From an uncultured bacterium (GTDB lineage Bacteria > SAR324 > NAC60-12): a stretch of DNA of 64,000 nucleotides. A program made the translations under genes and the position numbers. Below the pieces are notes generated by a model that searched no databases, was not told the DNA's origin, and worked only from the letters and a program-made list of their open reading frames with translations. The stretch spans positions 3,641-67,640 of the forward strand of contig CBFIGY010000015.1 in assembly GCA_965662235.1 (NCBI GenBank), given 5' to 3'. Each line of letters starts with the position of its first letter. The stretch's first letter is position 1. Positions 16,713 to 25,540 of this stretch are shown piece by piece.

Positions 16713-18389
16713 TCAGGTTTCCGGAGTCGGCGTGGTGGCATCTTCTGAAGCCTCTTCTGGCAGAGGAGGAAGTTCCTCAGCAGGAGGCGCAATCACGGCG
16801 TCAATCTGGTAGCGGGTGACCACATCAAGGGTGGCCAGGCTTTCGACCATGGGCCCGACTTCTTCCGGATACAGCGGGTAAGCGGCCAAGAGGGCGTGCA
16901 GGTAGCGACGTTGCAGATCCAGCCCATTGGCGGCATCCACCTGCTCACGAAGCACATCCAGCAGCGGGCCCGGACTCAGACGCTGCGCCTGGAGCGAGGG
17001 GTACACGTGCGCCACCAGCTCGAGTTGCTGCAGCAGTGCCAAGCGAACCACTTCCGGCGTCTCGGAAAGTTCAAGGTCCTGATGGAGACGGTCGAGGGCT
17101 TGGAGCACCTGGGTGAGCACGTTGGGATCGTCAAAGCGGTAACCACGCTCAAGTGCCGGAACAAGGATCTGCTCCACCACGCCTCGCTTGGTCATGGCTT
17201 CATCGTCATAGCCAGCCAGCGGAAAGGCCAGCAGGGTGGAAGAGGTGGCACTGCCTCGCTGTCCCGTTTGCTGCCGCGTCAACTCCTCCTGAAGGACGGC
17301 GTCCCAGTGCGTGAGCAGGAAAATGGTGGGCTGCAGCTCCAGCTCCGTCAGCATTCCTGAAGAGGGCACAGGCGGTTGCGTTGCCGGGTAGCCATAGAGC
17401 TGCATGCGCTCCTGCATGGCGCTGATCATCTGTCGCAGTTCCGACGGAATTTCTTCGTCGGGAATCCACTCCTCCTGCACCAGGCGGTCGAAGGCCTCCT
17501 GACGAGCCGGACTGAGGCCGAAGCGATGAGTCTCTCCTGTCAAGAGAGCAATCTGCGCCCGGACCCACAGGGGCAGGTCATTGTTACGCAGGATGTCCCG
17601 AAGTTGCTTCCAGACGGTTTCCTTCAGGTCCTCAGAGTCCCCCTGCCACTCCTTCTTCTCCGCAGGCTCTTCGCTGGCCAGCATGTCGCCAGCTTTCTCG
17701 CGGATGCTGTCGGAGCAGACACTGTCAGGACACTTGTCCATGGCCATGTTGCCCCACTGCTCAATGTCCTTGCGGATTCCCTCGTCACAGATGTCGACAG
17801 GGCAGCGGTCGAGGGTGGGAAGAGCGGTGAAGAAGCGTTTCAGACTGGAAGCGGCTTCTGCCTGGAGGGCAACTTCCCATTCCGGAAGGTGCTCCACGAC
17901 GTACTCAATGGCGTCCATCCGTTGGTCAACTTCGACCCCAAAGCGCATGGGCTGATCATCGACCATCTCCTCAAATCCCAACTCGCCTGTGGTGACATCA
18001 AACACGCCCTTGAGGGCGGCGACCTTGAGGTGTGCTGGCCACTCGGGTGACTCTAGGATGTCGGAGATGCGGGAAAGGCTGCGGTCCCGGACGTCCCCAT
18101 CGTCACTGCCAAAGGCCATGAAGGCGAGGGCCCGGACGGCGATTTCTCGCTTGCCGACATCGTCCATGTATTTCGAAATCCAGCGGGCCTCCTTGAGGGC
18201 GCTGACCTTTTGCTGAACGGAGCCATCGTAGGCTTCATACTTCAGCAGTTCCATTTGGGCCTGAAGCTCCTCGTAGCTGGAGCTCTGTTCAAAGGTCAGG
18301 TACGTCAGGCGTCCCTGAGTGGTGCATCCGGCCAGCATCAGCAGGACGGCAGCGATGACGGTCAGTTTGTTCATCATTCGTCTCCTCAT
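16713..18389 (-). CDS. Large acidic, mostly helical lipoprotein (HEAT-like segments), unknown function
   Basis: NKLTVIAAVLLMLAGC lipobox. Tandem CPVDICDEGIRK / CPDSVCSDSIRE motif. 4-nt gap to the upstream barrel gene. Confidence 0.75.
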   Translation of the reverse strand: MRRRMMNKLTVIAAVLLMLAGCTTQGRLTYLTFEQSSSYEELQAQMELLKYEAYDGSVQQKVSALKEARWISKYMDDVGKREIAVRALAFMAFGSDDGDVRDRSLSRISDILESPEWPAHLKVAALKGVFDVTTGELGFEEMVDDQPMRFGVEVDQRMDAIEYVVEHLPEWEVALQAEAASSLKRFFTALPTLDRCPVDICDEGIRKDIEQWGNMAMDKCPDSVCSDSIREKAGDMLASEEPAEKKEWQGDSEDLKETVWKQLRDILRNNDLPLWVRAQIALLTGETHRFGLSPARQEAFDRLVQEEWIPDEEIPSELRQMISAMQERMQLYGYPATQPPVPSSGMLTELELQPTIFLLTHWDAVLQEELTRQQTGQRGSATSSTLLAFPLAGYDDEAMTKRGVVEQILVPALERGYRFDDPNVLTQVLQALDRLHQDLELSETPEVVRLALLQQLELVAHVYPSLQAQRLSPGPLLDVLREQVDAANGLDLQRRYLHALLAAYPLYPEEVGPMVESLATLDVVTRYQIDAVIAPPAEELPPLPEEASEDATTPTPET

Positions 18390-18393
18390 GTGG

Positions 18394-19518
18394 TCAGAAT
18401 ATCAGTCCGGCCTGGAAGGCCCAGCGTTTGTCTTCTTTTTCTCCGGCATAACTGCCGATCTCTTCAGAGTATTGTGCAAAATCGAGCTTCAGTTTCCAGA
18501 GGTTAAGCGACAGGCCCCAGCTGCTGTAGGGACCATTGCGTCCCAGCCGGAAGGAGACCAGGTGGTGACCGTTGTTGAGCTTCTCCCACCCCACCTCGGC
18601 GCCCAGCTTGAGGTTCCGTTGGGTGAGGAACGAATCGCTCAGCCCCTGTGCGCCCGTGAGGTCCAAGTAGTCGGCAGCGAGGATGAAGTCAAAGCCTTGA
18701 AACTCGGATTCAGTGGCAATACCGGTGTTGATGGTCATGGGAACCTCTCCGGCGTTGCCGAAGTTCAGGCCTCCTAGGTTTTGGATGCTCAGGGCCACCT
18801 TGGGAGAAAGGTTGTGAAACTCCTCTAGGTGGTAGGTTGCGCCCAAGTCGGGAGCAAAGGCGAGTTTGTTGTCGCCAATGGCCTCAATCTCCTTTTGAGC
18901 CTGATCCGTGTCTTCATTGAGGGTTGCAATGACGGCGGGATCAGAGAGACGGAAGTCCTGGTTGTAGACACCGACTCGCTGCACCAGCTTGCCACCGACA
19001 CCAACATCCAGCTGGTGGTCCAGAAAACTGAACCCGACGCCGGCTGCCAATCCTCCCTGCACATAAGCGGTTCCGTGCAGGTAGGGGAAGACGGGGTTCC
19101 GGACCTGGAAGTCGAAAAGGGTGTTGCTGAAGAGCGCCCATCCAAACCGAGAGTTGACAAAGGACGGTAGGTTGACGCCGGCTTCGACGTGAATGTTCTT
19201 GCCGGTGATTTGCCCCAAGCCATCAATGTCCGTGTTGTCCGCATCCACGCTTCCTTCCAGCCCCCCTGAAGAAACGTTGCTGGCGACATTCACCGAGGCA
19301 AACTCAAAGATGTTGTACATCACGGAACGCAGACCGGCGGGGTTGTAGAACAACACCGACTCGTCGTTGGCCGCAGCGGTAAAGGCGTTTCCCATGCCAC
19401 GGGCACGGATGCTTTCTTTGACAAAAGCCGCTTCTTTGGCGGAAGCAACCGTTGCTCCCATGAGCACAAGAAGTCCACTGAGGAGGAGCTTCCGGGTCGG
19501 TTTCCAAGTCATGTGCAA
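18394..19518 (-). CDS. Outer-membrane beta-barrel protein, PorV/FadL-like family
   Basis: Signal peptide ending VASA. N-terminal GMGNAFTAAANDESVLFYNPAGL motif, as seen in PorV/PorQ/UPF0164-type barrels. C-terminal ...FQAGLIF with a terminal Phe. An ATG at 19512 is an alternative to the TTG at 19518. Confidence 0.7.
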   Translation of the reverse strand: MHMTWKPTRKLLLSGLLVLMGATVASAKEAAFVKESIRARGMGNAFTAAANDESVLFYNPAGLRSVMYNIFEFASVNVASNVSSGGLEGSVDADNTDIDGLGQITGKNIHVEAGVNLPSFVNSRFGWALFSNTLFDFQVRNPVFPYLHGTAYVQGGLAAGVGFSFLDHQLDVGVGGKLVQRVGVYNQDFRLSDPAVIATLNEDTDQAQKEIEAIGDNKLAFAPDLGATYHLEEFHNLSPKVALSIQNLGGLNFGNAGEVPMTINTGIATESEFQGFDFILAADYLDLTGAQGLSDSFLTQRNLKLGAEVGWEKLNNGHHLVSFRLGRNGPYSSWGLSLNLWKLKLDFAQYSEEIGSYAGEKEDKRWAFQAGLIF

Positions 19519-19533
19519 AAGGTCGGGATAGGG

Positions 19534-19773
19534 TTAGGAGGGCTTTTGGGAGTAAAAGAGGTCTTGCGAGAACTGAATCAGGCGCTGCTGGATTTGCTCA
19601 TGTGACTCTTCCGGATACTGATCCTGAAAGATCGTGAAGCCCAACATGTTCCAGGCCACCAGGCCTTCCTCCAAATCCAGTCCGTTTTCATCCATCAGAT
19701 GCAAGAAGTCCCGAACCGTCTGCTCGACTCGGATGCGTCGTTTGAATTCGTCAAGGGGGGCTGAATCACTCAT
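19534..19773 (-). CDS. Hypothetical acidic 79-aa cytoplasmic protein; first gene of the envelope operon
   Basis: ORF with an AGGA SD and no signal peptide. 15-nt gap to the barrel gene. I recognise no motif. Confidence 0.5.
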   Translation of the reverse strand: MSDSAPLDEFKRRIRVEQTVRDFLHLMDENGLDLEEGLVAWNMLGFTIFQDQYPEESHEQIQQRLIQFSQDLFYSQKPS

Positions 19774-19823
19774 AAAAATCCTGAAGAAGCAGAGGCTGCC
19801 CCGAAAGCAACCTCCGCAGGGGG

Positions 19824-21188
19824 TTAAGCCGCAACAGAGGGCAGGCCTGCCAGCGCCATGGCCAGCTCCTGCTCATCGTAATTGCGGTCTTCTAGTTTGC
19901 CGGCAAAGTAGTCCGTGTACGCCTGCATGTCGAAGTGTCCATGCCCACAGAGGTTGAAGAGGATCGCCTTGGAGGTCCCCTCTTCCTTGCAGCGCAGGGC
20001 TTCGTCAATGGCGCCTTTGACCGCATGGTTGGCTTCTGGAGCAGGCAGGATGCCCTCGGTTCGTCCGAAGAGCACCCCGGCCTCAAAGCAGGCGTTCTGG
20101 TGATACGCGACAGCCTCCAACAGACCCAACTCCTTGATGTGACTGATCATCGGAGCCATGCCGTGATAACGGAGGCCCCCGGCGTGGAATCCGGGAGGAA
20201 CAAAAGTGGACCCCAGGGTGTGCATCTTCACCATGGGCGCCAGGTGCACGGTGTCTCCAAAGTCATAGGCGTACTTGCCTCGGGTGAGGCTGGGGCAGGC
20301 CGCTGGTTCCACTGCCAGCACCTTGACCTCCTGACCACCGCGGAGTTGGGCGCCGAGGAAAGGAAAGACGAGTCCCGCAAAGTTGGACCCTCCTCCGGTG
20401 CAGCCCACGACGACGTCCGGATAGTCATTGGCCATTTCCATCTGCTGGATGGCCTCAATGCCGGTGACGGTCTGGTGCAGGAGGACGTGGTTGAGGACGC
20501 TGCCGAGGGCGTACTTGGTGTCGTCATTCAAGGCCGCGACTTCCACCGCTTCCGAGATCGCGATGCCGAGGCTTCCGGTGGAGTCCGGGTTCTTTTCCAG
20601 GATTGCCCGTCCAGCCTGCGTTTTGTCAGAAGGAGACGGTGTGCAGCGGGCGCCAAAGGCTTCCATCATGGCCTTGCGGTAGGGCTTCTGTTGGAAGCTG
20701 ACCTTGACCATGAAGACCTCAATGTCGATTCCAAACACCCCTCCGGCAAAGGCAAGGGACGATCCCCACTGGCCGGCTCCGGTTTCTGTGGCGATCTTGG
20801 TCACCCCGGCCTGCTGGTTGTAAAAAGCCTGGGGCACCGCCGTGTTGGGCTTGTGGCTCCCGGTGGGACTCACCCCCTCATACTTGTAGTAGATGCGGGC
20901 CGGCGTATCGAGCGCCTTCTCCAACCGCCGAGCCCGGAACAGTGGAGAGGGACGCCACTGGCGGTACACCTCGCGGACCGGCTCCGGAATCTCAATCTCG
21001 CGCTCCGTGCTCACCTCCTGAAGGATCAGGTCCATCGGAAACAGCGGGGCTAGGTCGTCCGGACCAATCGGTTGCTGCGTGCCCGGATGCAGCGGGGGCG
21101 GAGGCAGCGACGGCAGGTCGGCAGCAAGGTTGTACCAGGATTTGGGCATCTGCTCTTCAGAGAGCAGGTACTTGACGGGCTCGTTCAT
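19824..21188 (-). CDS. trpB2: TrpB-like PLP-dependent enzyme (tryptophan synthase beta, type 2), stand-alone
   Basis: [19 protein letters not shown] (PLP lysine). About 454 aa with the long N-terminus typical of TrpB2. The ATG at 21188 with a GGAGA SD is preferred to the TTG at 21194. Confidence 0.85.
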   Translation of the reverse strand: MNEPVKYLLSEEQMPKSWYNLAADLPSLPPPPLHPGTQQPIGPDDLAPLFPMDLILQEVSTEREIEIPEPVREVYRQWRPSPLFRARRLEKALDTPARIYYKYEGVSPTGSHKPNTAVPQAFYNQQAGVTKIATETGAGQWGSSLAFAGGVFGIDIEVFMVKVSFQQKPYRKAMMEAFGARCTPSPSDKTQAGRAILEKNPDSTGSLGIAISEAVEVAALNDDTKYALGSVLNHVLLHQTVTGIEAIQQMEMANDYPDVVVGCTGGGSNFAGLVFPFLGAQLRGGQEVKVLAVEPAACPSLTRGKYAYDFGDTVHLAPMVKMHTLGSTFVPPGFHAGGLRYHGMAPMISHIKELGLLEAVAYHQNACFEAGVLFGRTEGILPAPEANHAVKGAIDEALRCKEEGTSKAILFNLCGHGHFDMQAYTDYFAGKLEDRNYDEQELAMALAGLPSVAA

Positions 21189-21228
21189 GATCAATCTCCA
21201 GTAGGAATCAAGTCAGGGCGGTTTCGCA

Positions 21229-22227
21229 TCAGTGCAGACGGACGACCACGCGTCCTCGCTGCTGCCCCTGCAGAATTTTATCAATCTCTGGGAACAGGGT
21301 GTCGAGTGTGCATTCGAGGGTGAGGGCCTCAAGCTGCTCCAGTTTCCAGTCTGAAGCCAGGCGACTCCAGATCGTCTGCCGCAGAGGCATGGGGGTCTCT
21401 TGCGAGTCCACTCCCAGCAACGAAACGCCCCGAAGGATAAACGGGAATACGGAGGTTGGCAAGTCGGGGGAGCCGACCAGTCCGGTAGCAGCCACGGCCC
21501 CTCCGCGTTTGGTGCCCTTGAGGAGAGTCGCCAAGGTGTTGCCGCCCACGGTGTCTACCGCACCCGCCCACCGCTCCTTGAGCAGCGGACGTCCAGAGTC
21601 GTCATCAGCGTCTTCTCGGGAAATCAGCCCTGCTGCGCCCAACTGCTTGAGAAAGGCTTCTTCCTGCGGCTTTCCGGTGGCAGCAATGACGGAAAATCCC
21701 GCTTTGGCCAGCAGCGCAACAGAGACGCTGCCGACGCCTCCCGTGGAGCCGGTCACCACCGCCTCGCCTTGATCCGGAGACACGCCATTCTGTTCCAGCA
21801 GGTGGACAGACAGGGCGGCCGTGTAGCCTGCGGTTCCGTAGATCATGGCTTCCCTCAGGCTCAGGCCACTCGGGAGCGGCACCACCCATGCGGCAGGAAC
21901 CCGAATGTACTCGCTGAACCCTCCGGAAGTGTTCATGCCGAGGTCGTAGCTGGTGACAATGACCTCGTCCCCTTCCTGAAAGGCATCACTGCTGCTGGCA
22001 GCCACCACGCCGGAAGCATCAATTCCCGGGGTGTGGGGGTACTTCCGGGTGACTCCTCGGTTGCCAATGGAAGACAGACCGTCCTTGTAGTTCAGGGAAG
22101 AGTAGTGCACCCGAACCAGAACCTCCCCTTCAGGCAGGTCGGTCAGGGACCGCTCCACGATCTCTCGGGTGAAGGTTTTGTCTTCATTTTCAGTAACAAG
22201 CATGGCTCGGAAGTTCGTGTCCGTCAT
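21229..22227 (-). CDS. acuI: YhdH/AcuI-family NADPH:quinone oxidoreductase / acrylyl-CoA reductase (MDR superfamily)
   Basis: VRVHYSSLNYKDGLS...YPHTPGIDASGVV and GSTGGVGS nucleotide-binding motifs. 332 aa. Confidence 0.85.
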   Translation of the reverse strand: MTDTNFRAMLVTENEDKTFTREIVERSLTDLPEGEVLVRVHYSSLNYKDGLSSIGNRGVTRKYPHTPGIDASGVVAASSSDAFQEGDEVIVTSYDLGMNTSGGFSEYIRVPAAWVVPLPSGLSLREAMIYGTAGYTAALSVHLLEQNGVSPDQGEAVVTGSTGGVGSVSVALLAKAGFSVIAATGKPQEEAFLKQLGAAGLISREDADDDSGRPLLKERWAGAVDTVGGNTLATLLKGTKRGGAVAATGLVGSPDLPTSVFPFILRGVSLLGVDSQETPMPLRQTIWSRLASDWKLEQLEALTLECTLDTLFPEIDKILQGQQRGRVVVRLH

Positions 22228-22287
22228 TTGTGCGACTCCGTTAGGTTCAGTGGGAAGTGAAGGGTTGCAGGAAGTGAAAGGAAGCGC

Positions 22288-22623
22288 CTAGGGGGTGTGA
22301 TGCGGAAACTCGACCACGTCAGCAAGCGCCTCCAGGTCGTCTTCATCACAAGAGAGCATCTCGGTTTCGTCTTCACTGAGGTGGAAGAGGAGCATCGGCC
22401 CAAAGCAATCCACACCGTTGAAACGCCAGGGCGTTTGTCGTTCCTGAAGCTCGCCCTCGCCGTCGATGTAGCCGTGCAGGGACCCATTGATTTGGACCAG
22501 ATCCGTGGCATCACAACGGAGGAGGTCACAGAGCGTTTCCAGATCCAGTGTGGCTTCAAACAGGTCGATGCTTGGGGTGTCAGGATCAATGAGAATCCAG
22601 TTACCGTGCTGCAGGAAACTCAT
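22288..22623 (-). CDS. Hypothetical acidic 111-aa protein (possibly DUF3846-like)
   Basis: ORF only. The weak resemblance to DUF3846 is from memory and is not verified. Confidence 0.45.
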   Translation of the reverse strand: MSFLQHGNWILIDPDTPSIDLFEATLDLETLCDLLRCDATDLVQINGSLHGYIDGEGELQERQTPWRFNGVDCFGPMLLFHLSEDETEMLSCDEDDLEALADVVEFPHHTP

Positions 22624-22679
22624 GTTCTGACTTTCAGGTGGAGCACGGGGATTTTACGATGCAGCGTGAAAGGAGATGC

Positions 22680-23138
22680 ATGGAGAAAGAAACAATCACA
22701 ATTTACACGGACGGCGCCTGTTCCCCGAATCCCGGAAAGGGAGGCTGGGGCGCGGTGCTGTTGGCACCAGAGCGTGGGCTCCGCAAGGAGCTCTCCGGGG
22801 CAGAGCCCGATTCCACCAACAACCGCATGGAACTCATGGCAGCCATCGAGGGCCTGAGAGCGCTCCGCAAGCCGTGCCGGGTGACCGTGTTCACGGACTC
22901 TCAGTACCTCCGGAATGCCTTTGAGCAGTACTGGATCCGGTCGTGGCAGCAGAAGAATTGGAAGACTGCCGCCGGAAAAGCGGTTGCCAACCAAGATCTC
23001 TGGAAGGCGCTTCTGGAACTCACTCGCCAGCATGAAGTGACCTGGAAGTGGGTCAAGGCCCATGATGGCAACCCTGAAAACGAGCGTGCCGACGCGCTGG
23101 CGGTGGCGGCCCGGAAGTCGCTGAGTGGTGCCGCTTAG
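22680..23138 (+). CDS. rnhA: Ribonuclease HI
   Basis: IYTDGACSPNPGKGGWGAVL, NNRMELMAAIEGL, TDSQY and WVKAHDGNPENERADALA (DEDD residues). The ATG at 22680 has an AGGAG SD. Confidence 0.9.
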   Translation: MEKETITIYTDGACSPNPGKGGWGAVLLAPERGLRKELSGAEPDSTNNRMELMAAIEGLRALRKPCRVTVFTDSQYLRNAFEQYWIRSWQQKNWKTAAGKAVANQDLWKALLELTRQHEVTWKWVKAHDGNPENERADALAVAARKSLSGAA

Positions 23139-23659
23139 AGCCGTTCGCGGATGAGCCCAATCATGGTCTGGATCTGGGCTTCACTCAACTGACCATCAAC
23201 GCTGAAGAGCACCGATCCGTCGCGATCGAACACGAGGACGTCGTTGCTGTCGTCAGCAAGCCCCCACTCTTCCACCAGCACCTTCTGGTAGTCCCGGACG
23301 TAGGTGGTGTTGGGGTAGTCTTCCTGCTTGCTTTCCAGCTTCACCTGAATCACCGCATTGGGAAGCCACGTGGCGGCCATGTTGACCACCGCCACCGAGC
23401 CGTACTGACTCCGGTCGAAGTTTTCTGCGCTCAGGGCCTCAGACGCTGCGTTGTTCAGGTCACTTTCATCCGGGTCGGCATAAAACAGAACGTGCACCTT
23501 CCCCCGCAACTCGTCACTGCTCCACGTGCCTCCGGTGACCCGCTCCCCTCGCTCGCCCTCCAGCACAATTCGGGGCGGGATCTCTCCAACCGGGAGTTCG
23601 GCGTGAGCCACTAGGGGGAGCCCCATTAGTAGCCATCCGAGCCATCTGCGATGCTTCAT
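23135..23659 (-). CDS. ytfJ: YtfJ-family periplasmic protein
   Basis: Signal MKHRRWLGWLLMGLPLVAHA. The layout matches E. coli YtfJ as I recall it (GKV-VL...; VLVFDRDGSV...DGQLSEAQIQ). The ATG at 23659 has a GGAGG SD; the longer track ORF to 23866 is Arg/Lys-rich with no signal. Confidence 0.7.
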   Translation of the reverse strand: MKHRRWLGWLLMGLPLVAHAELPVGEIPPRIVLEGERGERVTGGTWSSDELRGKVHVLFYADPDESDLNNAASEALSAENFDRSQYGSVAVVNMAATWLPNAVIQVKLESKQEDYPNTTYVRDYQKVLVEEWGLADDSNDVLVFDRDGSVLFSVDGQLSEAQIQTMIGLIRERL

Positions 23660-23894
23660 GTTCCTCCACAGGTGAATGCGAACTAAAATCAGCCTGCCAT
23701 TACGCCAAATCTCAACTCGATCCGCCAGCGGTTTTTTTGGACGCTTCCTGGATTCGACATAGCGGGAGGCGGCTTCGGCTTTATTTTTCCGCCGGAGTCT
23801 CATAAGGTTTCTGCACTTTCGCCTCCGGATTATTTGGCTGGAGCCCCCCATCTTGTAGCCAGCCACAACCCCCTTTTCTGATAGGAGAGATTCA

Positions 23895-25490
23895 ATGACT
23901 GAGGGAATTCAGATCACCGGAACCATGCATGCTGGTTTTGAAAGCATTCTGACCCCGGAGGCTCAGGCCTTTTTGGTGATGCTGCACCGCAAGTTCAACA
24001 CCCGTCGCCAAGAGCTTTTGGCACGCCGTCAGCAGATTCAGCAGGCCATTCGAAACGGGCAGTACCCGACCTTTCTGGAAGAAACCCGCTCGGTTCGCGA
24101 AGACGACTGGCAAGTCGCCCCCATTCCAGAAGACCTGCAGGACCGGCGCTGTGAAATCACCGGACCGGTGGATGCCAAGATGATGATCAATGCGCTCAAT
24201 TCAGGCGCCAAGGTCTTCATGGCAGACCTGGAGGACTCAAACACCCCGAACTGGTACAACCAGATCCAGGGGCAGCTGAACCTCATTGCGGCTCATGAGC
24301 GGACTCTGCAGTTTGACAGTCCTGAAGGCAAGGCCTACCGCCTCAAGGAAGACGGACTGGCGGTGCTTGTGGTACGTCCCCGAGGCTGGCACCTTGAGGA
24401 AAAGCACATCCTCATCGACGGCGAAGTGGCCTCCGGTTCACTGGTGGACGCCGGCCTCTACCTCTTCCACAATGCTCAGCGGACCCTTGGCAAGGGCACA
24501 GGCCCCTACTTCTACCTGCCGAAGATGGAAAACCACCTAGAGGCTCGCCTGTGGAACGAGGTCTTTGTTGCGGCTCAGGAAGCCTTAGGTGTTCCTCAGG
24601 GATCCGTCAAAGCGACCGTGCTGATTGAAACAATTCTGGCGCCGTTTGAGATGGAAGAGATCATCTACGAACTCCGGGAACACATGGCCGGCCTCAATGC
24701 CGGACGCTGGGACTACATGTTCAGCACCATCAAGAAGTTCAGCGAAGATCCCGAATTCCTCTGGCCTGATCGGGCTCAGGTGACCATGACGGCGCCGCTC
24801 ATGCGGGCGTACACGGAACTGCTGGTGCGCTCCTGTCACAAGCACGGCGCCCACGCCATCGGTGGCATGGCGGCCTTCATTCCCAGTCGCCGGGATGAAG
24901 AGGTCAACAAGGTCGCGCTGGCGAAGGTCCGTGAAGACAAGCAGCGTGAAGCTGGAGACGGCTTCGACGGTTCCTGGGTGGCGCACCCGGACCTGGTTCC
25001 CGTCTGCACCGAAGTCTTTTCTGCTGCCTTTGAGCCCGGACGCGTCAACCAGAAGCAGCGCATGCGGGAAGACGTGCAGGTGACTCCCGAGATGCTCCTG
25101 AACTTCAAGATCCCCGGAGGCATCATCACCGAGGCCGGCGTCCGGAACAACATCAGCGTTGGCATCCAGTACATTGAGGCCTGGCTCAAGGGCAACGGGG
25201 CCGTGGCCATCTTTAACCTGATGGAAGATGCGGCAACGGCTGAAATCTCCCGGGCCCAGCTGTGGCAATGGATTCGGCATCCGGAAGGGAAGCTGGAGGA
25301 TGGCCGCAAGGTGACTGTGGAGATGGTCCGCTCCATGATTCCGGAAGAGCTGGCGAAGATTCAGGAAGCTTACGGAGAGCACTACGACGAGGCATCCTTC
25401 CAAAACGCCGCTCAGCTGCTGGATGATTTGGCCACAGCAGAGGCGTTTGAGGACTTCCTGACCCTTCGAGCCTACGCTCAACTGGACTGA
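23895..25490 (+). CDS. aceB: Malate synthase A
   Basis: 531 aa, collinear with malate synthase A (…[30 protein letters not shown]…, …GRWDYMFS…, …GGMAAFIPS…). Confidence 0.92.
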   Translation: MTEGIQITGTMHAGFESILTPEAQAFLVMLHRKFNTRRQELLARRQQIQQAIRNGQYPTFLEETRSVREDDWQVAPIPEDLQDRRCEITGPVDAKMMINALNSGAKVFMADLEDSNTPNWYNQIQGQLNLIAAHERTLQFDSPEGKAYRLKEDGLAVLVVRPRGWHLEEKHILIDGEVASGSLVDAGLYLFHNAQRTLGKGTGPYFYLPKMENHLEARLWNEVFVAAQEALGVPQGSVKATVLIETILAPFEMEEIIYELREHMAGLNAGRWDYMFSTIKKFSEDPEFLWPDRAQVTMTAPLMRAYTELLVRSCHKHGAHAIGGMAAFIPSRRDEEVNKVALAKVREDKQREAGDGFDGSWVAHPDLVPVCTEVFSAAFEPGRVNQKQRMREDVQVTPEMLLNFKIPGGIITEAGVRNNISVGIQYIEAWLKGNGAVAIFNLMEDAATAEISRAQLWQWIRHPEGKLEDGRKVTVEMVRSMIPEELAKIQEAYGEHYDEASFQNAAQLLDDLATAEAFEDFLTLRAYAQLD

Positions 25491-25501
25491 CGGTTCGCAA
25501 G

Positions 25502-25540
25502 GAGGGGGACTTCTGCCTCCCCCTCTCTGGGGTTCTTTTT
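25502..25540 (+). terminator. Possible terminator after aceB
   Basis: GAGGGGG (25502..25508) pairs with CCCCCTC (25519..25525) across a 10-nt loop. A T5 run at 25536..25540 is somewhat distant from the stem. Confidence 0.35.

Noticed and set aside
14072-19518. Calling the barrel/cytochrome operon an Mtr/Pcc-type extracellular electron conduit
   Set aside because: There is only one cytochrome, with four hemes, and it is not lipidated. The barrel resembles PorV/FadL rather than the large MtrB-type porins. The idea is kept only as a loose analogy in the findings.
19935-21053. 372-aa plus-strand ORF
   Set aside because: It is antisense to the TrpB2 gene (PLP-lysine motif on the minus strand).
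23660-23866. N-terminal 69-codon extension of the YtfJ-like ORF
   Set aside because: It is Arg/Lys-rich with no function-like features. The ATG at 23659 has a GGAGG SD and yields a proper signal peptide.
23895-25490. aceB without aceA as an anomaly
   Set aside because: Separate chromosomal locations for malate synthase and isocitrate lyase are common, so this is not noteworthy on its own.
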